Source of the DNA: Gemmatimonadaceae bacterium | GTDB lineage: Bacteria > Gemmatimonadota > Gemmatimonadetes > Gemmatimonadales > Gemmatimonadaceae | Assembly: GCA_033763905.1 (NCBI GenBank) | Contig: JANRJP010000061.1 | Coordinates: 1-50,589, forward strand | Length of the DNA stretch: 50,589 nucleotides | Direction of reading: 5' to 3' | Part shown: piece by piece, positions 18,363 through 29,447 of the stretch | Numbering within the stretch: the stretch's first letter is position 1 | Layout of the letters: each line of letters starts with the position of its first letter | The notes under the pieces: generated by a model | Database searches by the model: none | Seen by the model: only the letters and a program-made list of their open reading frames with translations | What the model was told of the DNA's origin: nothing | Translations under genes and position numbers: made by a program

Positions 18363-18454
18363 GCGTGCAGAACTCGCCTGCAGCTCTCGCGTGCAGCTCT
18401 GGCGTGCAGCTCTCGCGTGCAGCTCTCGCGTTCAGCTCTCGCGTTCAGCGTCTC
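18363..18454. repeat. 13-bp tandem repeat (consensus GCGTGCAGCTCTC), about 7 imperfect copies
   Basis: Units start at 18363, 18376, 18389, 18402, 18415, 18428 and 18441. The array overlaps the stop codon of the convergent minus-strand gene. Confidence 0.9.
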
Positions 18455-19736
18455 GCGCACGCTGCAGCTTGACGAACTCGGCCACGGCGCGGCCAATGGA
18501 CCCCGCGCCGAACTTACCCTCCAGAAACCGCACGCCACTCTTCTTTGCGCGCTTCTTGATCTCGTCGGTCTTGGCGTGCGGCGCAAAGGCCACGTCACTG
18601 ACGACGAGCACGCCCTCGGGAAACGCGTCGGGGGCTCGGGTGCGCAGCGACTTGTTGAAGTAGATCGTCACCGTCGCTCCCAGCGCCTCGAGCGCGGCGG
18701 CTTGCTCGGCGCGAACCCCTTCGCGCTCCTGATTGGTGAACAGCAGGATGCGCTCGCCACGAAGCGGAAAGGGGTCTTCGGGTTCGGGCTCCGCCGGTGC
18801 CTCGGGCACGGGCGCTGGGGCGGGGACTGCGGTCGGCGCGTCCTCGGCTGTCGGCTCGGGCGCCAGCAGTCGGTCGATCGCCGTTTGCGCGCGCGACGCC
18901 TTGGCACGCACGTCCGCGAGTTCGCGCCGCGCTGCCGCCAGCTGACCTTCGAGCTCGCGAATGCGCGCCTCGGCGTTGCGGAGTGATTCCTCCACCAAGG
19001 CGGCGGCGCGCGCGTCGCGTGTTTCCGCCGCCTGCTGCGCCGCCGTCGCGGCTTCACGAACCAAGGTCTGCTCGCGCGTGTCGGCCTCCCGGAGGGCCGC
19101 ATCAAGCGCGTTGACCATATCCTCGGCCGACAGCAACAAGGTCCACGCGACCGGGCCGGTGGACCAATGCTCGTCGATCGCCGCAATGACGGCCGGCCAC
19201 GTGGTCAGCCCGCGCGACTTGCACATCCGGTCGAAGGCTTGCTGCAGCTTCTCGGCGGCGGGGGCGCGACGGCGCTCGGGCGGCACGGCGAGATCCATAC
19301 CGGCACTGGCAATCAGTGCCACCAGCGGCAGCGGCGTCGCGCTGTCGCGTCCAAGCCATTTGCGCACCGCCTCGGCCCACTGGGGGGCCGACACCGGCGC
19401 GGCGTCGAGCTGGCGCTGCAGCAGTGCGTCGCCCACCAGACGACTGGCGATATCGGCGGCCTTCTCGAACTGGTCGTAAATCGCCGTGTACTCCGGCTCG
19501 CAACACGCGCAGCCATCCGGCGCCGCGCGAAGCGCCGGGAGCCAGTCGCGGGCCTCGACGAACAGCGGGCCGATCCCCGCGCCGTACACCGCGTCGAGTT
19601 CGGCGCTCAGGGCGTCGTCGGGAAGGGGCAGGGCGCTTGCGATGTCCGCCGCGACCCGCGCCGCCGTCGTGGCGAGCGCTGGCACGAGAAAGGTGTCGCG
19701 GTACGGCGCGTGCGCGTCGGCCGAGCGTTGCGCCAC
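18432..19736 (-). CDS. Coiled-coil protein with C-terminal DUF2325-like domain
   Basis: Helical N-terminus with CACC, then a coiled coil (LRNAEARIRELEGQLAAARRELADVR) and a Pro/Glu linker. The C-terminal alpha/beta domain (LRGERILLF...VAFAPHAKTDEIKKRAKKSGVRF) resembles DUF2325 from memory. Confidence 0.65.
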   Translation of the reverse strand: MAQRSADAHAPYRDTFLVPALATTAARVAADIASALPLPDDALSAELDAVYGAGIGPLFVEARDWLPALRAAPDGCACCEPEYTAIYDQFEKAADIASRLVGDALLQRQLDAAPVSAPQWAEAVRKWLGRDSATPLPLVALIASAGMDLAVPPERRRAPAAEKLQQAFDRMCKSRGLTTWPAVIAAIDEHWSTGPVAWTLLLSAEDMVNALDAALREADTREQTLVREAATAAQQAAETRDARAAALVEESLRNAEARIRELEGQLAAARRELADVRAKASRAQTAIDRLLAPEPTAEDAPTAVPAPAPVPEAPAEPEPEDPFPLRGERILLFTNQEREGVRAEQAAALEALGATVTIYFNKSLRTRAPDAFPEGVLVVSDVAFAPHAKTDEIKKRAKKSGVRFLEGKFGAGSIGRAVAEFVKLQRARDAERES

Positions 19737-19739
19737 GGC

Positions 19740-20873
19740 TTAGGACGCTGCTCCGCCGCCGCTCGTCGGTCCGGGGGCGGGCACGTCGACCGACGAGCGT
19801 TCGCCGGAAATGCGCTCGAGCGCCGCGCTGGTGCGCATCGCCATCGTGGCCCGACGCACCTGTTCAACGACCGCGTACTCGTCATCGAAGATGCGCAGCA
19901 GCTCGAAGAAGTACGTAATCGCGAGCGGTCCGACGAGCACGCCGAGCAGGCCGAAGTACCGCAGCCCGGCAAAGGCACCCACCAGCGTCGTCAGCAGGTG
20001 AATGTCGGAGAGCCGTTGGAACACGAGCGGCCGGATCAGGTTGTCGATGTTCGACACCAGCACGCCGCCCCAGAGCCCGAGGAAGATCGCGTGGCCGGTG
20101 TCGCCTTCCACCAGCAGCACGAGCGTGGCCGGCAGCCAGACCAACGCGCCGCCGAGCAGCGGCAGAATGCTCGCAAACGCCGCGACCACGGCCCAGAACA
20201 CCGGGCTGGGAATGCCCGCAATCCAAAAGCCGATGCCCACGAGCGTGCCTTGGACGACTGCGGTGAGAATCGTGCCGTAGAACGTGGCCTTGGTGACCGA
20301 GGCGAACTTGTCGCGCAGTCGCTCGGCGGCATCGTCCGAGAAGGGCAGGTAGTCCTTGACGCTCCGCCAGGCCTGCCCGCTGTCGATCAGGACATAGTAC
20401 AGGCCGATCAGCGCGATGACGATGTTGATGAACGATCGTGCCGCGAGCCCGAAGAGGTCGAACGCTTGGCCTGAAAGCCACGACACGATGTTGCGCGAGG
20501 CCTTCGAGAGCTCGGCACCGAGGTCGATTGTGCCAACCTTGATTGTCCGGATGCGGCTCAGGAAATCGGCCTGCTGGAACCCGCGAATCGCCGCCGGCGC
20601 CTGATCGACGACCAGTCCGAGCACGATCAGCGACGGCACCAGCACGAAGAGCACGATCAGCAGAATCACCAGCAGCGCGGCGCGGTCGGAGCGCAGACGC
20701 GCCGAGAACCAGTCGTGCATCGGCTTGCCGAGCACGTACAGCACCAAGGCGCCGAGCAGACCCACCAGATACGGCGACAGCGCAATGATGATGCCGATGC
20801 CGAGCAACAGGATGACCACGCCCGCCTGTGTGCGGGGGTGGAAGAGCGAGGTCGTCGGCGTGGGATGCGTCAT
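19740..20873 (-). CDS. AI-2E family transporter
   Basis: Multi-TM protein with AVVQGTL, SILPLLGGALVWLP, SNIDNLIRP and FGLLGVLVGP. Confidence 0.9.
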   Translation of the reverse strand: MTHPTPTTSLFHPRTQAGVVILLLGIGIIIALSPYLVGLLGALVLYVLGKPMHDWFSARLRSDRAALLVILLIVLFVLVPSLIVLGLVVDQAPAAIRGFQQADFLSRIRTIKVGTIDLGAELSKASRNIVSWLSGQAFDLFGLAARSFINIVIALIGLYYVLIDSGQAWRSVKDYLPFSDDAAERLRDKFASVTKATFYGTILTAVVQGTLVGIGFWIAGIPSPVFWAVVAAFASILPLLGGALVWLPATLVLLVEGDTGHAIFLGLWGGVLVSNIDNLIRPLVFQRLSDIHLLTTLVGAFAGLRYFGLLGVLVGPLAITYFFELLRIFDDEYAVVEQVRRATMAMRTSAALERISGERSSVDVPAPGPTSGGGAAS

Positions 20874-20921
20874 CGGCTCTCGGAAACTAGCGCGGGCAGG
20901 TCGGGGCCGGACAGGGGCGCG

Positions 20922-22169
20922 TCACTCGTAGCGCAGCGCTTCGATCGGATCGAGCCGCGCCGCGCGTTGCGCGGGAATCATCCCGAACACGATGCCGATG
21001 GCCACCGACACGATCGTCGCGATGATCGCGGCGGTCCACGGCGGCTCGGCCGTCACGTTGAGGCTCCAGCCAGCCACGCGCCCCACGAGCAGGCCGACAA
21101 CGATGCCGACCGAGCCGCCCAGCAGCGTGAGCGTTGCCGCTTCCACCAGGAATTGCTGGCGAATGTCGCGACGGGTGGCGCCCAAGGCTTTCCGCACGCC
21201 GATCTCCTTCGTGCGATCGGTGACGGAGACCATCATAATAGCCATCACGCCGATGCCGCCGACAAGCAGCGCGACGCTGGACAGGGCGATCATCACGACG
21301 AAGAACACGCTGGTGAGCGAGTTGAACGTGTCGAGGATCTGATCCTGTGTGATGAGATCGAAGCTGTTGCGGTCGGCCGGCTTGAGCTTGCGCATTTCCC
21401 GCAGCGCCACGGTCACGGCCGCCTGCGCCTCGGCCACGGTGACGCCGGCGCGCGGCTTGACCGGAATCCACAGCGCGTTGGTGCGGTCGTAGGTGAAGCC
21501 GCGATCGAGGAACTTGAACGGAATGATCGCCCCCGATTCCTGTCCGGGCGGGGCGAAGATGTTGGCCGGCTCCTGCCAAATGCCGATCACGACGGCCGGT
21601 CGTCCGCCCACGCGGAGTGTCTTGCCCAAGGCGTTCTCTTGGCCGAACACGCGACGGGCCTGATTCTCCTGCAGCACCACGACGGCGGACCCGGATCGCA
21701 GCTCCGAGGTGGTGAACCATCGGCCGGCGATCAGTTCGCCGCCTTGAATTTCGGTGTAGCGATCGTCGGCGCCGAAGATCGCCATCCCCTGAGTCCGCAC
21801 GCCCTCGTGCTCCAAGCGCGCGAACGCCTGCCCCCACAAACTGGCGTACTGCACTTCGGGCAGCGCCGCGATGCGCTTGGCTTCGGCGTCGGTCAGTTCC
21901 GGCCGAATGCGGACTTCGACGGGCAGGTTGTTCGGGTCGACCGGCGTCGTCGAGAACCAGCGCAGGACGTAGAACGTGCTGGGGCCCGCGACTTCGATCG
22001 TCTTCACGATCTGATCGCGGACGCCCTGCACGATCGTCGCCATCGTCATCACCGTCGAGACGCCGATCACGACGCCCAGAATCGTGAGTGCCGAGCGCAG
22101 CTTGCTCGCGCGCAGATTGTCGAGCGCGATCTGCACGTTGTGGCCGAGGCGTTCCAGATCGAAGCCCAC
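20922..22169 (-). CDS. MacB/FtsX-like ABC permease (type B')
   Basis: KLRSALTILGVVIG, VSVTDRTKEIGVRKALGA and AARLDPIEALRYE. GTG 22169 overlaps the upstream TAG. Confidence 0.9.
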   Translation of the reverse strand: MGFDLERLGHNVQIALDNLRASKLRSALTILGVVIGVSTVMTMATIVQGVRDQIVKTIEVAGPSTFYVLRWFSTTPVDPNNLPVEVRIRPELTDAEAKRIAALPEVQYASLWGQAFARLEHEGVRTQGMAIFGADDRYTEIQGGELIAGRWFTTSELRSGSAVVVLQENQARRVFGQENALGKTLRVGGRPAVVIGIWQEPANIFAPPGQESGAIIPFKFLDRGFTYDRTNALWIPVKPRAGVTVAEAQAAVTVALREMRKLKPADRNSFDLITQDQILDTFNSLTSVFFVVMIALSSVALLVGGIGVMAIMMVSVTDRTKEIGVRKALGATRRDIRQQFLVEAATLTLLGGSVGIVVGLLVGRVAGWSLNVTAEPPWTAAIIATIVSVAIGIVFGMIPAQRAARLDPIEALRYE

Positions 22170-23410
22170 TATTCGGCTCGGAGGGCCGTGATGGGGTCGA
22201 GACGCGCCGCGCGGGCCGCCGGATACACGCCGAAGGCCATCCCGGTGACACCGCCGAGCACGACGGCGGCCGTCACCGCCCACCACGAGATCGACGCGGG
22301 CAAGGGAGACACCGCGGCCAGTAACCACGCGAAGCCGCTCCCGATGCCCACGCCGATGACGGCGCCCACGCTGGTGAGCACTACGGTCTCGGCCAGGAAC
22401 TGCTTGCGAATGTCGGCGCGCGTCGCACCCACGCTTTTGCGCAGACCGATTTCGCGCGTGCGCTCGTTCACCGCCATCAGCATGATGTTCATAATCACGA
22501 TGCCGCCGACGACGATCCCGATCGCGACGACCGCGGGAATCACCGAAAAGAGCACCTTCGTCAGGCTCTTCCAGAACGCCACGAGGGCGTCGGCCTTGTC
22601 CACCGAGAAGTCGTCGGCCTCACCTGGACGCAGCCGACGTGCGACCCGCATCGCTTCCTGTGCGCGCGCCATCGCGTCATCGATGTTGGCCCCCTCGGCT
22701 ACTTTCACCGAGATCGTCGTCGTCAGTCGACGACCGAAGATCATCTCAAAGCGCGTAATCGGGAGCAGGACGAAGCCATCGAACGACTGCCCGAGGACGC
22801 GACCCTTGCTCGCCACGGTGCCGATGACCGTGATGCGCTCGCCCGCCACCCGAATGTCCTTGCCGATCGGATCAAGCCCGTCGAAGAGCTTCGTGGCGAT
22901 GTCGGCGCCGATCACGCCGACGGCACGACGCTCCAGCACATCGAGGTCGGACAATCCGCGGCCGCCGTTGATCCGGTAGTCCTGCACGATCTGGTACGGC
23001 GCCGTGACGCCGAAGATCAGTACCGACCCCAGGGTGCGGTCACGCCACTGCAGATCGGCTTGGGGGGTCGGCACGCCCGACTGTGCTGCTACGGCCTCGA
23101 CGTCGGGCAACGCCGCGCGCACGGCGTCCGCTTCTTCCGTCGTGATGCGGGGCCGGCGCTGGATCTTCCGTGCTTCGTCGTCGTTGTAGGGCAGCAGCGA
23201 GATCGGGCTGCGCCGCACCTGAAACGAGTTCGTGCCGATCACCGCCCCGGCGACGTTGTCCTTCACGTAGGCGTTCATCCCGCGGATGATCGCTACGACG
23301 GCGACCAGAAACGCGACCGAGACGATGATGCCGAGGAGCGTGAAGAACGAGCGCAGCTTGTTCGCGACGAGCTGCGCCAGCGCGAGGGAGATGACGTCCG
23401 ACCAGCGCAT
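22169..23410 (-). CDS. MacB/FtsX-like ABC permease (type A')
   Basis: KLRSFFTLLG, IMNIML.AV.ERTREIG and AARLDPITALR. Confidence 0.92.
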   Translation of the reverse strand: MRWSDVISLALAQLVANKLRSFFTLLGIIVSVAFLVAVVAIIRGMNAYVKDNVAGAVIGTNSFQVRRSPISLLPYNDDEARKIQRRPRITTEEADAVRAALPDVEAVAAQSGVPTPQADLQWRDRTLGSVLIFGVTAPYQIVQDYRINGGRGLSDLDVLERRAVGVIGADIATKLFDGLDPIGKDIRVAGERITVIGTVASKGRVLGQSFDGFVLLPITRFEMIFGRRLTTTISVKVAEGANIDDAMARAQEAMRVARRLRPGEADDFSVDKADALVAFWKSLTKVLFSVIPAVVAIGIVVGGIVIMNIMLMAVNERTREIGLRKSVGATRADIRKQFLAETVVLTSVGAVIGVGIGSGFAWLLAAVSPLPASISWWAVTAAVVLGGVTGMAFGVYPAARAARLDPITALRAE

Positions 23411-23426
23411 CTCCCAAAGCTAGCGA

Positions 23427-24692
23427 CTACTCGTAGCGAAGTGCTTCGACGGGGTCGAGTTTGGCGGCCTTGCTCGCCGGGAGCATCCCGAAGAGAATGC
23501 CGGTCACCGCGCTACCGAGCAGGGCAGCGACCACGGCGACACCGGGAACCGCGGCGGGCACTGGCGTCGCAGACCTCACGATTGCCGCAATGCCCCAGCC
23601 GAGCACCAGCCCGATCGACGCCCCCAGCGAGGTGAGCGTGGCGGCCTCCACCAGGAACTGCCACAGGATCACCGCACGCGTGGCGCCGAGGGCCTTTCGG
23701 ACCCCGATTTCACGCGTCCGCTCGGTCACCGAGATCATCATGATCGCCACCACGCCGACGCCACCGACGAGCAGGCCGACGGCCGACAGCGCCAGGCCGA
23801 CGAGGAAGATCGCGCCGAAGAGCTTGTCGAAGGTCTCGAGCATCCGGTCGTTCGTGACCAGCGCGAAGTTGTTGGGTTGCGCCGGCCGCAGGCCGCGCAT
23901 TCCGCGCAGGGTGGCGGTGACGTTGTCCATCACGTCGCCCTGCACGGCCCCGTCCCTCGGCTTGACCATCAAAATCGCGCCTCGCGACCACATCCCGAGC
24001 GACCGCTTGGCCGTCAGGTAGGGCACGATCGCACGCGGCTTGTCCGGACCACGGCCGTCCAGCGACTTGAGGAAGCCGCCGGTGGTGTGGTAGACGCCGA
24101 TCACGGTGAAGGGCTTGCCGTTCACTTCGATCGACTTGCCGATGGGGTCGGAGTCGCCGAACAGCTTGGCCTTGAGGGTGTCGTTGACGATGACGACGTT
24201 GGCGCCCTGCGCGCTCTCCGTGCTGGAGAAGTTGCGCCCCGGGCTGATGTCGCCCTTGTCGATCTCCATCCACGTCGACGACATCGCATCGTAGCCGATG
24301 CCGGTGAGGTCGCGGTCCTTGTACTTGAAGTTCGCGCTCCCGCCCCAGATCTGCGTCACCGACGACACATCCGACAGCCGGCGAATGGCATCGGCCTCGT
24401 CGGCGGTGAGGGCCGGATTGCGGCGATCGGGGCAGGTCTCGTCGGTGCCGTCGCAGCCGCCCAAGCGGATGTCGCGGCGACGCACCTGGAAGGTGGTCGC
24501 GCCGAAGTTGTCGACGTCGGCCTGGAAGCTCTGCTTGATGCCATTGGTCGCGGCGGCCATTACCACGACGACCAGCACGCCGATGGCGATGCCCGAGATC
24601 GTGAGGGCGGCGCGCACCTTGTTGCCGCGAATCGCTTCAATTGCGATGCGCACGCCCTCCGAGACGAGGAACAACCGGTCGGTGAGACGCAT
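23427..24692 (-). CDS. MacB/FtsX-like ABC permease (type B)
   Basis: KVRAALTISG, AIMMISVTERTREIG and AAKLDPVEALRYE. Confidence 0.92.
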   Translation of the reverse strand: MRLTDRLFLVSEGVRIAIEAIRGNKVRAALTISGIAIGVLVVVVMAAATNGIKQSFQADVDNFGATTFQVRRRDIRLGGCDGTDETCPDRRNPALTADEADAIRRLSDVSSVTQIWGGSANFKYKDRDLTGIGYDAMSSTWMEIDKGDISPGRNFSSTESAQGANVVIVNDTLKAKLFGDSDPIGKSIEVNGKPFTVIGVYHTTGGFLKSLDGRGPDKPRAIVPYLTAKRSLGMWSRGAILMVKPRDGAVQGDVMDNVTATLRGMRGLRPAQPNNFALVTNDRMLETFDKLFGAIFLVGLALSAVGLLVGGVGVVAIMMISVTERTREIGVRKALGATRAVILWQFLVEAATLTSLGASIGLVLGWGIAAIVRSATPVPAAVPGVAVVAALLGSAVTGILFGMLPASKAAKLDPVEALRYE

Positions 24693-24695
24693 CGG

Positions 24696-25937
24696 TTACT
24701 CCTGCCGCAGGGCGGCGATGGGATCGAGCCGCGCGGCGCGGCTCGCAGGGTAGATGCCCGCCACGATGCCCACGCCGGCGCCGAGCAACAGCGCGGCGAA
24801 GATCGCCCACGGGGCGACGGCGGCGGGGAGCGGCGAGAGCGCCGCGATGATCTTGGCGAGTCCGATCCCGAGGCCGATGCCGATAGCGGCGCCGACGACG
24901 GACAGCGTCGCCGACTCCACGAGGAACTGGCTCATAATGTCTCGGCGACGCGCGCCCAGCGCCTTGCGCACGCCGATTTCGCGCGTGCGCTCGGCAACGG
25001 CGACGAGCATGATGTTCATAATGACCATTGCACCGACGACGAGACCGATGGCCGGCAACGCCGTGCCGAAGACGATCAGCTTGGACTTGATGCCGTCGAA
25101 GAACGACAGCGCTTCGTCCTGCGTCTCGAAGTGGAAGTTGTCGGGCACGGTCGGCTTGAGCCGGCGGAAGCCGCGCATCGTTTCACGCACGGACTCCATC
25201 GCCTCGTCCATCTCGTCGCGGGTGAGCGTCTGCACCACCAGCCCGTCGATGTCGCCGCGCGGGTTCGTGAGTCGCGAGATCGGCGAGGTGTACGGCGCGA
25301 GCGCCATTCGGTCGAGCGAGAAGCCGAAGACCGTGCCCTGCTTCTGGAGCAGGCCGATCACCGTGTAGGGAATCCCGCCGATGCGCAGCTCGCGGCCGAT
25401 CGGGTCGAGGCCCTTGAAGAAGTGCTCCGCGACCTCGGTGCCGATCACGACGACCGGCTGCCCGAGCTCGGTCTCCTGCTCGGTGAACACGCGGCCCGAC
25501 TGCAGATCGTACTTCTTGATCCGGAAGTAGTCGGGTTCCGTGCCGTAGGCCTGCACCTGGCGCGGACGCGCGGTCGCCGCCGACGCGTAGATGAAGTCCG
25601 AGTTCTCGACGGCCGAGCGCGCGCCGGGGGGCAGGGCCGAGCGCACGACCGAGATATCCAGGTCGTGCAGGCGCGGATTCCGCTCCCACGCCCGCCACTG
25701 GGCTTCGGAGACATCGCCGAAGGAGTTGAACGGACGCCGACGGAACGTGAAGGTGTTCACGCCGATCAGCTTCGCGGCAAAGTCTTCCTCGACGTACTTC
25801 GACATCCCCTCGACGATCGAGACGACGGCAATCAGGAACATCACGCCGATCATCACCCCGAGCAGCGTGAAGAAGCTCTTGAGCTTCTGCACGCGGATCG
25901 TGGCCAGCGCCAGGCGGATCGCTTCGGAGAATGGCAT
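24696..25937 (-). CDS. MacB/FtsX-like ABC permease (type A)
   Basis: KLKSFFTLLG, IMNIMLVAVAERTREIG and AARLDPIAALR. Confidence 0.92.
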   Translation of the reverse strand: MPFSEAIRLALATIRVQKLKSFFTLLGVMIGVMFLIAVVSIVEGMSKYVEEDFAAKLIGVNTFTFRRRPFNSFGDVSEAQWRAWERNPRLHDLDISVVRSALPPGARSAVENSDFIYASAATARPRQVQAYGTEPDYFRIKKYDLQSGRVFTEQETELGQPVVVIGTEVAEHFFKGLDPIGRELRIGGIPYTVIGLLQKQGTVFGFSLDRMALAPYTSPISRLTNPRGDIDGLVVQTLTRDEMDEAMESVRETMRGFRRLKPTVPDNFHFETQDEALSFFDGIKSKLIVFGTALPAIGLVVGAMVIMNIMLVAVAERTREIGVRKALGARRRDIMSQFLVESATLSVVGAAIGIGLGIGLAKIIAALSPLPAAVAPWAIFAALLLGAGVGIVAGIYPASRAARLDPIAALRQE

Positions 25938-25940
25938 CGG

Positions 25941-26743
<803 letters not shown>

Positions 26744-26747
<4 letters not shown>

Positions 26748-28030
26748 GACTTGCTCCCGGCAACCTTCTTCGGCGCTTCCTGTTCCTTCACCATCGCACC
26801 GTCCTTGAGCTCGCGAATCGCCTGGTAGCTACCGGCGACGATCTTCTCACCCTTCTTGAGGCCCGAGATCACTTCGAAGTACTTCTCGCCGGCAATGCCG
26901 ACCTTTACCGGGCGGAAGCTGACCTTGTTGTCCGTCCCGACGATGAACACGCCTTCGACGTCCTTCTTGCCGACTTCCTTGGCCGCGCCGGGCTTGGCCA
27001 GGCCCACGGCCGAGTCGCCACGCTGCAGCTCTTCGTTCTCGCGAACGGTGAGCGCAATGATCGGAATCGACAGCACCTGCTGACGGCGCGCGGTGATGAC
27101 CTTGGCCGTCGCCGAGAAGTCCGGACGGGTCTCCTTCGGCGCGTTGAGCAGCTGGATCGTGACTTCGTAGTCGATCGCCTGATCGGCGGCGTTGGTGGTC
27201 GTCGCGCCCTTCACCGACGAGTTCGAGATCTCGGTGACCTTGCCGACGAACGTCGTGTCGGGGAACGCGTCGATCTGGACCTGCGCCGAGTCACCGAGGT
27301 TGATGCGCGCGACGTCGGTCTCGTCGACCTTGACCTTCGTCTCGAGCACGGCCATGTCCGAGATCGTCAGCAGCGTGCCGAGGTCCTTGTTGAACGTGCC
27401 GGGCACCGCCGTCTCGCCGAGTTCGACATTCAGCCGCGTGACCTTGCCGGTCATCGGCGCGTAGACCGTCGTGCGGGCGAGCTGCCAGCGGGCGTCCTTC
27501 AGGGCCGCCGCGGCCTGATCGACCTGATGGACCTGCGCTTCCAGAATGGCCTTGTTCACTTCCATCTGCGTGCGGAGGTTCTCGAGCGCATCCTCCGAGA
27601 TGAGCGCCGGGTTCTGCTTGCGGATCTCGGCCTGCCGCGTGAACTGACGCTCGGCGTTGATGAGATTCGCGCGCGCCTGCGCCTGCTGCGCCTTGGCCGC
27701 GGCGAGCGAGGCTTCCGCCCGCGCCACCGCGCCTTCGAACTGCGCCGGGTCGAGCTGTACGAGCAGCTGGCCCTGGCGGACGTAGTCGCCCTCCTTCACC
27801 GGCAGGCGCACGATCTTGCCCGACACTTCGGTCGACAGGTCAACCTTGGTGCGCGGCTGGATCTGTCCGCTCGCGGTGACCGACGCGATCAGGTCGCGGT
27901 TCTCCACCGCGTCGACTCGCACTTCCACCGGCTTCGGCCCGCCCTTCGCCGCCACCGAGACGCCGATCAGACCAACGGCCAGCACGGCGACGCCAGCAAG
28001 GGACCACTTCATTCGCTTCGACATTGGCAT
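26744..28030 (-). CDS. Efflux periplasmic adaptor (MacA-like MFP)
   Basis: N-terminal TM, lipoyl halves ([21 protein letters not shown]), an alpha-hairpin and VDETDV. Confidence 0.92.
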
Positions 28031-28039
28031 CCTCAGAGG

Positions 28040-29395
28040 TTAACGCAGCGGGCCGGTGACGGCCTCGAGCTGGACGAAATCGCGATGGAACGTGTACACG
28101 GACGTGATGTAGTCATTCGACGCGCGCTCGAGATCGGCGCGCACCTGCACGAGATCGACCAGATTCGCGAGCCCGAGCCGGAAGCGGTCTTCGGCGAGCG
28201 TCAGCGCCTCGCGCGCCGCCTGCACGTTGGCGCGGTTGATCTCGACCGCCTTGAAGTCGGCCTGCAGGATCGTGTACTGCGACACGACCGTGGTCTGCAC
28301 CGCGAGCTCACCGGCGCGGAGCGCGTACTCGGCATCCTTGCGATTGGTCGCGGCGACCTGCACCTGCTGTTCGCGCTGGAAGCCGTTGAAGATCGGCAGC
28401 GAGAACTGCGCCCCGATGCCGTAGGGCTGACGGGTCAGCCCGATCGGGAAGCTGCCGACGTCGGTGTTGGGCTGGCCGGCCGGGAATGCGCCCTGACGCT
28501 GCGTGGTCTGGCCCGCGACGCTGGCGCTCAGCGTGAGGGACGGCAGATACGTCGCCTGACGCGCCCGGTATTCCTGGCTGGCGGCGGTCACCCGAGCCCG
28601 ACGGGCCTGCAGGTCCGGGCTGCTCCGCATCGCCTTCTCGAGCAGCGACGCGAGATCGCCGGCGGGGAGGGCGATCGGCAGATCGGACGCCAGCTGGACG
28701 TTCGCCTGCTGGGCGACGCCCATCTGTTGGAAGAGCCGGAAGAGTTCGACGTCGGCCTGGCTCTTCGCCTGCAGCAACGAGACCTCGGCCTGTCCGACGC
28801 TGACTTGGCTGCGGCGCGTGTCCAACTCGGTCGCGAGGCCGGCCTTGGCCCGCGCCTGCGCGAGTTCGAGTTGCGTCTTCGCCGACGCGAGCAGGGAATC
28901 CTGCAGGCCCACCCGGGCCCGCGCCTGCAGCGCGTTCATAAACTGTACCGTCACGTCGCGCCGGACGGACAGGAGGTTGAGTTCCACATCCTGATCGGCG
29001 GCGTTGAGTTGCGCCGACACCGCCCGAAGGCCGAAGCCCAGGCCGGGGGAAATGGTCATCGACGCGCTGAGCGACCCCGAGGACGACAGCTGGTCGGCGG
29101 CAGAACCGAAGAGCTGACCGGCGATGACCTGCTGGCGGCCCTCACGGAAGTCGACGCCGAAGCTGCTGTTGACCGACGGGATCAGCGCGCCGTAGGCCGA
29201 TCGCCGCTGCGCCGCCGAGCGGACGCGGGCGTTCTGGATTTGCAGATAGGCCGGATTGTTGCGCTTGGCGATGGCCAGCGCTTCATCCAGCGTCAGCGTG
29301 GCCGGAGCGCCACCGGAGGCTTGGGCGAGCGCCGTTGCCGGCAACCATCCAGCGACGGCAACAGCGGACAAGCCAAGAACACGACGAAGAGTCAC
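28040..29395 (-). CDS. TolC family outer-membrane efflux protein
   Basis: Signal peptide ending ALA-Q, LTLDEALAIA..NNP, SLPIFNG and RFRLGL...VDL. Start placed at GTG 29395. Confidence 0.88.
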   Translation of the reverse strand: MTLRRVLGLSAVAVAGWLPATALAQASGGAPATLTLDEALAIAKRNNPAYLQIQNARVRSAAQRRSAYGALIPSVNSSFGVDFREGRQQVIAGQLFGSAADQLSSSGSLSASMTISPGLGFGLRAVSAQLNAADQDVELNLLSVRRDVTVQFMNALQARARVGLQDSLLASAKTQLELAQARAKAGLATELDTRRSQVSVGQAEVSLLQAKSQADVELFRLFQQMGVAQQANVQLASDLPIALPAGDLASLLEKAMRSSPDLQARRARVTAASQEYRARQATYLPSLTLSASVAGQTTQRQGAFPAGQPNTDVGSFPIGLTRQPYGIGAQFSLPIFNGFQREQQVQVAATNRKDAEYALRAGELAVQTTVVSQYTILQADFKAVEINRANVQAAREALTLAEDRFRLGLANLVDLVQVRADLERASNDYITSVYTFHRDFVQLEAVTGPLR

Positions 29396-29447
29396 GGAAG
29401 TTGGGATACGGGTCTGCCGCCCGTACGCACGCCCGCCCTTCCGTGTT

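Noticed and set aside
18363..18454. Repeat array as a CRISPR
   Set aside because: The units are 13 bp and contiguous, with no spacers and no cas genes nearby.
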